DNA from: a virus
IMG/VR virus record: IMGVR_UViG_3300020159_000429
Span: 1 to 64,000 of that record
Length of the DNA stretch: 64,000 nucleotides
Direction: 5' to 3' (one strand)
Shown here in pieces: positions 1 to 8,124 of the stretch. The position numbers and the translations under genes were made by a program. Under the pieces are notes generated by a model, which did not search any database, was not told where the DNA came from, and was given only the letters and a program-made list of their open reading frames with translations. How positions within the stretch are numbered: the stretch's first letter is position 1; the number at the start of each line of letters is the position of its first letter.

Positions 1-258
1 AACTGGGCCAGTCATTGGTTGTACACCAACTAATTCGTTAGCAATAACGGTTGGCATTACACGTCTGATCACTGGAAGGATCACACGATTTAGTGTTGCG
101 ACATTACCGGCAGAAGTTGCACCAGCAGTAGCACTCTCCGACAAATACTTGCGGGTATTTTCAAGAGTAGTAGCCATTACTGACTTGCGAGTTCCTTGAA
201 GGCCTTCTAAAAGTGCCTCTTTGGTTTCCTGCCAGCGTGACTCGAGTAGTTCTGACAT
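1..258 (-). CDS. gp23: T4-like major capsid protein (gp23), 5' part, runs off the window edge
   Basis: Manual translation MSELLESRWQETKEALLEGL...LNRVILPVIRRVMPTVIANELVGVQPMTGPV matches the gp23 GVQPMTGP motif; AGGAG SD before ATG 258; follows gp22 and gp21. Confidence 0.95.
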   Translation of the reverse strand, partial: MSELLESRWQETKEALLEGLQGTRKSVMATTLENTRKYLSESATAGATSAGNVATLNRVILPVIRRVMPTVIANELVGVQPMTGPV

Positions 259-269
259 ATTAGTTCTCC

Positions 270-1361
270 TTAAACTTTAAGTCCCGCGAGCTTGCGGATG
301 TGTAGAATATCAGCAGTTTTTTCCCCACCGCTGATCTGTTGTGCCTCTTTATTGCCTGTTACTTCCTTGCCTTCTGTCAATGCCTTCTTTTTAGGAGCGT
401 CGCCGGCCATAACGGCTGGAAGATACTTGTCAAATGCCATGTCCAACTTTTCAGTCTGTACAGACTCAAGTAGTTGACTCATAACTGTTTTCTTATCTCC
501 AGTTAATGGATTCAACAATTCACTCATGATCTTATTACGCTGAGCCACGCCTTTTACCACGCGGATTTCACGGTCTTTAGATTCTAAAATTTGTTCTTTC
601 TCTTGAACTGCCTTAACGGCTTCTTCAAGTTGTGCTTCTGTTTGCTTAACTAGTTTTAAAAGTTTAGCTGTCTCTGATTTCTCATTGAGATGGCTTGAAG
701 CATATTCGCTAGCGAAGCTTTCAAAAATTCTGCGACCAAAATCATTCTTACGGGCAGCTTCAATGTCTTCTTTTAACTGAGTCATTTCTGCTGTTAGTTT
801 TGACGTAACAACATTTTCAACTAGTTTAGAAGCTTTAGAAATAAATTCTGCCTTTACTGCTTCGAATTTTTCTTTGTTTTCACGTACAAGTTTTACCTTG
901 GTATCAACAAGATCTTTCTTATCAGTGTGGAACTCAGAAATTTCTTTTGCTAGTGCGTTTACGATGAAACTTTCTAGTTTAGAAACATTCTCAGCAACAG
1001 ATTTACGGTCTTCGTGTAGTTCTTTCAGTTCTGTAGCTAGTTGACGTAGAACAAATTCCTTCATTTTCTCGGAATCGCCTTTCATCTTCTTAGCATACTT
1101 GGTTTTGGCTTCAATTAATTGATTGCGATCTTCAGCAAGTTCAGCAAGCTCAACTTGTAGGCGGTCACCAACCATTGTATCTAAAGCTTCTACCAATGCA
1201 GATTTGTCATGTTCGTACTTTTGTGCAAACTCTTCACGAAGTTCTGCCGTCATTTGGTCACGGGTTTCTTGAATTTTGCTATTCCAGCTTGATTCAATTT
1301 CCGATTTGATTTCTTCGGAAATCACATTGTTTTCAAATAATTGCTTAACGATATCTAGCAT
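270..1361 (-). CDS. Prohead scaffold/core protein (gp22-like)
   Basis: 363 aa, E/K-rich coiled coil, located between protease and capsid gene; AGGAG SD. Confidence 0.85.
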   Translation of the reverse strand: MLDIVKQLFENNVISEEIKSEIESSWNSKIQETRDQMTAELREEFAQKYEHDKSALVEALDTMVGDRLQVELAELAEDRNQLIEAKTKYAKKMKGDSEKMKEFVLRQLATELKELHEDRKSVAENVSKLESFIVNALAKEISEFHTDKKDLVDTKVKLVRENKEKFEAVKAEFISKASKLVENVVTSKLTAEMTQLKEDIEAARKNDFGRRIFESFASEYASSHLNEKSETAKLLKLVKQTEAQLEEAVKAVQEKEQILESKDREIRVVKGVAQRNKIMSELLNPLTGDKKTVMSQLLESVQTEKLDMAFDKYLPAVMAGDAPKKKALTEGKEVTGNKEAQQISGGEKTADILHIRKLAGLKV

Positions 1362-1376
1362 GTGATTCTCCTACTG

Positions 1377-2006
1377 TTATTTAAGGCCTGAAATGATTTT
1401 TTTCAGACTCTCTGCTATGTATTGCTGTGCCTTTGGATCGCCTTGTACTTCCTGTGCTATTCTAAATGCCTGGTAGCCTCCCTTGGTATTCATGAGGCCT
1501 TCATATACTGGTGTTGGATAAGCACCTGGAGCAGAAGGTTGGGCGACAACGTCAACGGTAATAATTTCAAAACCTTTGACTTTGCCGTCACCATCAACAT
1601 CTCCGGACCCTCTCGAACTTACGCCTAATTTAACTCCGCTCTCCAACATGGTTTGAATTAATTGTCCCATAGGAGTAGGAAGTAGTTTTAACTTGCCGTA
1701 ACCATTAGGACCGTCCATCCACATCTTGGTTATCATGTGGCTGACGCGGTCTAGGTTGATGCGTAGGTCTTCTGGGTGATCAACTTCTCCAAGAACTGAG
1801 TAACCACCTGCAATTTGATCATTGACAGTTTTGACAGCCCTAGCGATTTCAGAGGAGGGGTAAACTCTTTGATTTTGGTTTTTAATATCGCCTTGGATAC
1901 AAATACCATTCAAATGTAGAGTTTTACCGCCCTTATCATCTTCGGTACTCTCAAGGACCAATTGTGCTTGGTCAAAACTCAGATTTTCTCTTAGATAGTT
2001 TTTCAC
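1377..2006 (-). CDS. gp21: Prohead maturation protease (gp21), GTG start
   Basis: Motifs NQNQRVYP, GEVDHP (His), LGVSSRGSG (Ser), VDVVAQPSAPGAY typical of T4 gp21-family proteases. Confidence 0.93.
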   Translation of the reverse strand: MKNYLRENLSFDQAQLVLESTEDDKGGKTLHLNGICIQGDIKNQNQRVYPSSEIARAVKTVNDQIAGGYSVLGEVDHPEDLRINLDRVSHMITKMWMDGPNGYGKLKLLPTPMGQLIQTMLESGVKLGVSSRGSGDVDGDGKVKGFEIITVDVVAQPSAPGAYPTPVYEGLMNTKGGYQAFRIAQEVQGDPKAQQYIAESLKKIISGLK

Positions 2007-2020
2007 CTGGGTAATTCCGA

Positions 2021-2920
2021 TTATCTGCTACCGCGAATGATTGATGTAGCATCTACACCAGTTTCAGCGGTACCCTTCTTTTCAGCTCCATGGCCTTGGC
2101 TATTCTTACTATAGAAAGCTTTAGCATTGGTGCCTCCAACTACGTTGACATTGCCGGTATTCATGTCTTGTGGCTTTTGCTTGGTTAGACCGTTACCTTT
2201 GATAGTACCGCCTGCTCCTGCGTAAGCTACGCTGTCTTCTTTGCTGCTTAGAATGTTAGCAGTTGTACCGCCCATGTCGTTTTTATTAGCTACTGTTGAC
2301 TTTGTGTTGTCAGCTTTTTCGCCTTGACCTTTCTTTTCTGCGCCGTGGCCTGCTGGAACTTTCTCAACATACTCACGTACAGTTGCTAGATCACCTAGGT
2401 CATCTTTCATCATACCTGGCATGTCTGGCATTCCGCCCATGTTGTCAGCGTCCATATCGCTTGGTCCGCCCATGTTGTCTGCGTCTGGCTCTTCGTGGTC
2501 GCCTGATGAATACTTGGCAAACGCTGCTTCTAATTCGTCAACGATATCACGTAGATCGCCTTTAGTTGCTGGCTCATCTTCGTCGCCTTCTTCGTCGCCC
2601 ATGTCTTCTTCGCCTTCTTTGTCGCCCATGTCTTCTTCATCAGAAGCTTCGATATCGCCAATTAGGTCGCCAGTTTCGTCGTCGCCTTCGCCAATTTCGT
2701 CAAAGTTTTCGTCAAGATCTTCGTCGACGTCATTTTTGTCAGCTGCTTCGTCAACTTCTTCGTCGTTTTGTGTTTCTTCATCGATTTCAGCATCGATTAG
2801 ATTTTCGTAGATATCACGAGACTTACTTACTACATACTCGTGAAATAATTCTTCAGCTTTTTGCTGTTCATTGTTTAGCAAATGCTCTAGCACTGCTGCG
2901 ATTTGATTCTTATCTGCCAT
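2021..2920 (-). CDS. Highly acidic prohead core/internal protein (gp67/68-like position)
   Basis: D/E-rich; lies between portal and gp21. ATG 2920 with GGAGG SD preferred over the track's TTG 2935. Internal repeats EEDMGD x2, DADNMGG x2, GHGAEKKG x2. Confidence 0.6.
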   Translation of the reverse strand: MADKNQIAAVLEHLLNNEQQKAEELFHEYVVSKSRDIYENLIDAEIDEETQNDEEVDEAADKNDVDEDLDENFDEIGEGDDETGDLIGDIEASDEEDMGDKEGEEDMGDEEGDEDEPATKGDLRDIVDELEAAFAKYSSGDHEEPDADNMGGPSDMDADNMGGMPDMPGMMKDDLGDLATVREYVEKVPAGHGAEKKGQGEKADNTKSTVANKNDMGGTTANILSSKEDSVAYAGAGGTIKGNGLTKQKPQDMNTGNVNVVGGTNAKAFYSKNSQGHGAEKKGTAETGVDATSIIRGSR

Positions 2921-3013
2921 GGTTTCTTCCTCCAAAATGGTTAGGCTGTCAAGTTATATTTAACTATTATTACAAAGACTGGGATTAAATGGTAGTTTTT
3001 TGATGAATTTTGA

Positions 3014-3661
3014 TTATTTAAATACAGCCTTGTGTAAATCTTCTTTTAATTCGTCATAGGTTATATGACATAAATTTTCAGAAATACCAGATAGAGCAGG
3101 AGGAACAAAATCTTTTTTGTCTGTTACTACTCTATGGTATTTAATATTTCGGAACTCTTTTATGACCTTTTCAGTCTGATTTACCCAGTTTCCAAAGTAA
3201 GTTGCTGTTTCGTAACTGCGTCTATAGTTAGGTGTATCAGCGTAGATGTTGTTTAGTTTTCCTTCAGTTCCTTGGAAATCAAAACCGCAAAAATAAATCT
3301 CATCGTAGCCATGACTGCTTGCTAACCACAATGCTGTAGGTCCTGAACTCCAACCTTTATGCGGATTAAAAAACTGAAATCCTTCTAATTTTAAAACATT
3401 TTTATTAGGATTAGTCCACACTTGTCGACCCAGTTGCCAACGAGAATTGGCAATTTCTCTGATCATTTTTTCGTCTACTGCTATTAAATAGTCGGGTTCA
3501 AACTCTCTGTAAAGAGCATTACACCCATAGATTTTGCCGTATTTTTTTAATTCAGGTAGGTTTAGACGCAGTCTACTGCGGCCGTTTCCTAATACGAATG
3601 CTATTTTTTTAGGCTGGTTGTTCGTCTGCGTTTGGTGGCTGTCCATACATCTGTTGTACAA
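3014..3661 (-). CDS. Maf/DUF115 (CstII-like fold) putative glycosyltransferase; start uncertain
   Basis: AFVLGNGRSR, IYGCNALYR, PDYLIAVD, SSGPTAL, IYFCGFDF motifs of the Maf/MptE-like/CstII-like family. Confidence 0.6.
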   Translation of the reverse strand: MYNRCMDSHQTQTNNQPKKIAFVLGNGRSRLRLNLPELKKYGKIYGCNALYREFEPDYLIAVDEKMIREIANSRWQLGRQVWTNPNKNVLKLEGFQFFNPHKGWSSGPTALWLASSHGYDEIYFCGFDFQGTEGKLNNIYADTPNYRRSYETATYFGNWVNQTEKVIKEFRNIKYHRVVTDKKDFVPPALSGISENLCHITYDELKEDLHKAVFK

Positions 3662-3857
3662 ATTCTAATTCCGCAGCCTGCTCGAACTGATGTGCTTCGC
3701 TTTGCTTTCTGAGTTGGTTGATCTGTTTAAGAGTTAGCCGTATCTTTCGAGTATCGCCTTTCTCTAGCACAGATGAATCACGCTGATTCTCGTAGCGTTT
3801 GTCGTCTACGTACTCAGTTTGTTTATCGTTAAAATAAAAAAATTCTAGAAGCTTCAT
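3609..3857 (-). CDS. Small head-operon hypothetical protein
   Basis: 82 aa directly after the portal gene, preceded by an AATAAATA late-promoter motif. Confidence 0.7.
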   Translation of the reverse strand: MKLLEFFYFNDKQTEYVDDKRYENQRDSSVLEKGDTRKIRLTLKQINQLRKQSEAHQFEQAAELEFVQQMYGQPPNADEQPA

Positions 3858-3868
3858 TCTATTATTTA

Positions 3869-5590
3869 TTAAATTGCTGGCGAAGTTGATGGAGCTGCTG
3901 CAGGGTCTGCTCCGCCTGCTTCAGGTGACGGGTTTTCTGCTTGGGCTGCTAGGTCGTCTGGTGCTTCAGCATCTTGTGCGTCCATGTCGCTGGATATGCC
4001 GGCTGGTGTTACACCCACAGATCGCATTTCACTAGCAGCATTCATAGCTGTCGACACTAGTGTACCGTTTTCTTCTTTCCATAGTTTTTCGTTTTCGGTA
4101 ATTTCTTCTTGACTTAAACCTAGGAATCGTTTTAGAGCAAAACGTTTGCTCATAAACTGAACTTCTTGTAATGCCGCAAATGTCTGTACACGAGCATTGT
4201 CAAGCTCACTTTGACGGTAAGCAGCAAAGTTTTGTGGCGGATTAAATTTTAATTCAAACAATGTATTATCAATGTTAATACCAGTTTCAATCAACCACTC
4301 TTTGAATTCTAAATCAAAATTAGCAATTAAGTTTGACTGTAGTCGTTTACAGTATTCATTAAAACATAGCTCTTGAATATATGCTGTACCTACTTTGCCA
4401 TCAGTGTGAGCAGCTTGGCTGTCATCTGGCATTGTTGGCAAGTAGCTGCTCGGAATGCGTAGGGCTCGGAATAATTTGTTGGTAAAATAACGTAGGTCAT
4501 CAATTTCGCCTAGGTTAGTACCGCCTGGCAATGTATCAACTTTTGATCCACGACCTTCTGCTGTCTGTGGAAAGAAATAGTCTTCTGAGATGCTTAGTGG
4601 ATTGTAACTAGCATCAATCATGTTTTGGCCGCCACCTGACTGACTAGGTATTCTCCGTTGATTGATTTCGTTTTTAACACGTTCAACAAAGCTCATTGCC
4701 ATGTGTGCTGGCATATTACCTACGTCAATGTAAAACACTCTGCGCTCAGGAGCACGTTGTACTCGATAGATAATAATAGCATCTTCGAGCAATTCTTTCT
4801 GCTTGTAGACTTTGAATACTGATTCTAGTAATGAATTACCAAATGGATAGTTATTGTCTAGACCTTCTGATAAACTTAGGTGTACAATGTGTTTAGCATC
4901 AATGGCTATTTCTTCTTGTGTGGTACTAAAACGTGTGCCAGTCTGCTGAGGAGCAGCACCAACCATACCTCGACCAAATCCGCCACCACTCACATACGAT
5001 CCAGACCCAGCTGGTGTTTTATTTGTATTGGCCAATATTGAAGTTGCTACTAGATCTCTAAAATTAAAGTTTATATCACGAACTACGTACTGTTCGGGCT
5101 TTTTGCCTTCTGATTCGTTGACAATAATTTTTACAATTTTACTAGGATCAACATAGTACCATTTTTGTGTTTCTGGATCTTTGATAAAAAACACGTCGCC
5201 ATATTTGAAAACGTTACGCACAATACGGAACATTCTTGTTTCAAACTGTTGTGAGCGTGTCCACTTTTGAAGACCGTCTTTGAGGATTTTAACTTCAGTC
5301 GATGTTGGTTGACCTTTGAAATTAATCTGAAATGCTGTGTTATTTTCTCTATTAGCCTGTGTACAAAACTCTGCTAGAATATCTAAAGCAGCATTGACTT
5401 CGCTGTCCATGTCCATGGTTTCGTACTGCATGTATCGTTCAACACGATTGGGTGTTCCTGCATAGACATCCGGTAAGAATGACGAATAGTTTGAACGTGC
5501 GGGCCCTGGGCGACTACCATTGCCTAATGGGCTCATAGTTCCTGCTTGTTTACCTACCGGTACAGGCGTAAAATATTTTTTCCAACTCAA
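3869..5590 (-). CDS. gp20: Portal vertex protein (gp20), TTG start
   Basis: Motifs LEDAIIIYRVQRAPERRVFYIDVGNMP, EDYFFP, GRGSKVDTLPGG, YFTNKLFRALRIPSS; GGAG SD upstream of TTG. Confidence 0.96.
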   Translation of the reverse strand: MSWKKYFTPVPVGKQAGTMSPLGNGSRPGPARSNYSSFLPDVYAGTPNRVERYMQYETMDMDSEVNAALDILAEFCTQANRENNTAFQINFKGQPTSTEVKILKDGLQKWTRSQQFETRMFRIVRNVFKYGDVFFIKDPETQKWYYVDPSKIVKIIVNESEGKKPEQYVVRDINFNFRDLVATSILANTNKTPAGSGSYVSGGGFGRGMVGAAPQQTGTRFSTTQEEIAIDAKHIVHLSLSEGLDNNYPFGNSLLESVFKVYKQKELLEDAIIIYRVQRAPERRVFYIDVGNMPAHMAMSFVERVKNEINQRRIPSQSGGGQNMIDASYNPLSISEDYFFPQTAEGRGSKVDTLPGGTNLGEIDDLRYFTNKLFRALRIPSSYLPTMPDDSQAAHTDGKVGTAYIQELCFNEYCKRLQSNLIANFDLEFKEWLIETGINIDNTLFELKFNPPQNFAAYRQSELDNARVQTFAALQEVQFMSKRFALKRFLGLSQEEITENEKLWKEENGTLVSTAMNAASEMRSVGVTPAGISSDMDAQDAEAPDDLAAQAENPSPEAGGADPAAAPSTSPAI

Positions 5591-5610
5591 TTTATTCTCC
5601 AGTGCTTGAC

Positions 5611-8124
5611 TTAGGTCATCGCCATCAGTTTAGAACGTTCCAATCTAACATCTTCTTTAGCCACAGATATCATTAGGCTAATGTTATTATTTAAACGATT
5701 TACTACATCTCTCACTGATATCTGAGTGCCCGCTCCTATGACATTCTGTAATTGTTTTGGGGTAACAATAGCTTCTTTGCCGTGTAGTGTTGCTCGTGTA
5801 CCTTTGCCAAAATTAGCAAACAATGAACCAAATTTGCCCAATGTTCCAGTGTTCATTCCTAGATACGTGTTTGGATATTCTATTCGAAGTCTTTCTAATT
5901 CACTTTTGTATTCTGGTCGTTGTTTTAATTGTTCAAATATAGGAAAATTCCTAGCCTTTGTTCTTTCAAACAGGTCAGGATCTGATAATACTCGCTTTAA
6001 TGGCTTTTTGCCCTGCCCGATTCCAGGCAGATGCGTCATATCAATTAGATTTAGCAGTGCTTCACGTTCTAATAAAGATAACCCACCAAATTTTTCAGGG
6101 CCTGGATCTAAAGGTGTTAGGCCTATCGAAGCCCTTCTTTCTCTTTCTACTAAAATTGCTTCAATGACATCTGATCTTTTTACATCCTCTGCTGATGAAC
6201 TCGCAGCAAACTCGCTATCTAAAGATTGAAAATATCCCGAAGCGCCTCTTTTTAGACTTTCGATAAAATAATTTTTGCCGCCAGCATTAACTTTTAGAGG
6301 CTCTATTGTCTCATCTTTTGTATCTGCGTCTGACTCGGTAGCACTTTTCATCCCAGGCTGAATTGTCTTTCTAAGATTTTCCGTAATTTTTGTTCCAATT
6401 TTATCTGCTTTCTGTTTATATTTGTCTGGGTCGTCTATCAAACCAATTCGTTGAGCAAATCTTATTGCCAAGTCCGGAGCTAGCTCTTGTAATGATGCTC
6501 TAATAAAGTAGTTAATTTGAAGCTTTAAGTAGTCCATCATCAGATAAAATGTGTCACCCATCATTGTAATCCCTTCCCGAGAAGTTATATTAGAAAAGAA
6601 GTTTTTTATGTATGGTAGTGAATCTCTAGCAATTGTTTGTAATTGTTTACCAAAGTCATTGATCATTTCAGGAATCATTGCTATTTTAAATTCTTTGGCT
6701 AGATCTTTAAACACAGGCAGCAACGTTTTCATAAACGACTGTTGTACTCTCATCACAGCACGTTGGAACTTTCTTAACGTATCGGAAAAAGCATCAGCAT
6801 CTTTTTGTTCTTTTTTAATAGCTTCAATCTGTTTTATAAATTGTCCTCGAAGATCATCAGATAGTTTTCCTTGCCGCACTAGGTATTCCATCACTGGTGT
6901 TAGAGCTTTAGCTGTTTTTTTGGCCTGCTCATTGCCAGCGGCAGCAGCTTTTAGTAACGGATTTAATCGATCAACTGCTCCTTTAGCATTAGCTAATTGA
7001 TCTCCTAACATACCATTAACTGCCTTATCGAATACCTTAGGGTCAATGTCTTTGGTTTTAGCTAGTCGTTGAATTTCACCAATTGCTTTATCAAAGTCTG
7101 GTCCTAATGCTATAGACAAAGCTAGAGCAGTATCATTCATGGTTGTTACATTTAAGTGCCTAGCCTTAAACAATTCTGCTCCGTCTGCTCCAAAAATCAT
7201 AGCAAATCCGTTAAGAGCAGTTTCCATTCTTATTTGTTGTTGGTCGCCTAACTTACCAACACTCAGTTGATATGAAATATCTTGACTAGCAGCAGCAGCA
7301 GCTTTCAACCTATCAACTCGACTTTTACCTGTGAGTTTTGTATACACGTCTAACTGACTAGCATAGGCCAGGAATTGTTTGCTAGTAGTGTTATATTCGT
7401 GTTCTTGAAATGCTTTTCCTCTTCTAGAACTCCAATTAAAATCAAGTAGTAGTTCGTTTTGTTGTTGCGAAGTGTATCCCATTTTGTCAAGAATGTCAGA
7501 GACCGCAGAGTTCTCCATAAACATTGCTTCTGACATTCTTGAAAAATTTCTCATGCCTGAAGTAACAGTGCCGCCTCCAAAAGCCATTATCTTTTCGCTG
7601 TTTTCAGAAATTAAGTTTATGAGCTCATCAGTACCTAATCCCATGCGTAGAGCAGATTCTTTGAATTCAATCATGTCATTACCAAAAGTTGCTCCGTATT
7701 TGGTTGCCTGTTTAAGATCATCGTTCCACGATTCAAGTATTGATATAGAAGTAGTAATGATTGAAGCAAACCCACCAAGAGCATCGCCTACAATTGGAAG
7801 TTTCTTAATTACGTCTTGTTCTAAAAATTTACTGTACGCACTGAGTTTATCTTCACCCCGTGCTAGCATCGAAGTAAAATTTTTGCCGGCAGTAACAGTG
7901 TTAACTAACCCAGCAGCCAAGGATGAAAATGCTTTTGATGCTGACGTTAGAACTTTATTAGTAGCTTTTATAGTATCGTCTGTGTCGCCGATAATATTGT
8001 TATCGCCGCCGGACATATTGTTATATGCCAATACTATCTCGCGAAGAGTTGCTTCAGAAGCAGCATTGTTTATAACACCGGATCCTAGACTACTGCTATA
8101 GTATTCTACTGTATTTTTTGCCAT
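5611..8124 (-). CDS. Tape-measure/baseplate-hub-like protein, paralog B
   Basis: 837 aa helical A/G/L-rich; shares N-terminal (NNxASEATxRE) and C-terminal (GTLGxxGSLFxxFGxGT...EAxxTPxQ) motifs with the adjacent 847-aa ORF. Confidence 0.65.
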   Translation of the reverse strand: MAKNTVEYYSSSLGSGVINNAASEATLREIVLAYNNMSGGDNNIIGDTDDTIKATNKVLTSASKAFSSLAAGLVNTVTAGKNFTSMLARGEDKLSAYSKFLEQDVIKKLPIVGDALGGFASIITTSISILESWNDDLKQATKYGATFGNDMIEFKESALRMGLGTDELINLISENSEKIMAFGGGTVTSGMRNFSRMSEAMFMENSAVSDILDKMGYTSQQQNELLLDFNWSSRRGKAFQEHEYNTTSKQFLAYASQLDVYTKLTGKSRVDRLKAAAAASQDISYQLSVGKLGDQQQIRMETALNGFAMIFGADGAELFKARHLNVTTMNDTALALSIALGPDFDKAIGEIQRLAKTKDIDPKVFDKAVNGMLGDQLANAKGAVDRLNPLLKAAAAGNEQAKKTAKALTPVMEYLVRQGKLSDDLRGQFIKQIEAIKKEQKDADAFSDTLRKFQRAVMRVQQSFMKTLLPVFKDLAKEFKIAMIPEMINDFGKQLQTIARDSLPYIKNFFSNITSREGITMMGDTFYLMMDYLKLQINYFIRASLQELAPDLAIRFAQRIGLIDDPDKYKQKADKIGTKITENLRKTIQPGMKSATESDADTKDETIEPLKVNAGGKNYFIESLKRGASGYFQSLDSEFAASSSAEDVKRSDVIEAILVERERRASIGLTPLDPGPEKFGGLSLLEREALLNLIDMTHLPGIGQGKKPLKRVLSDPDLFERTKARNFPIFEQLKQRPEYKSELERLRIEYPNTYLGMNTGTLGKFGSLFANFGKGTRATLHGKEAIVTPKQLQNVIGAGTQISVRDVVNRLNNNISLMISVAKEDVRLERSKLMAMT

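Noticed and set aside
4364-4366. Cys in portal motif QELCF where a basic residue is usual (EL[R/K]F)
   Set aside because: A single CGT-to-TGT change explains it; cannot distinguish polymorphism from a sequence error without reads.
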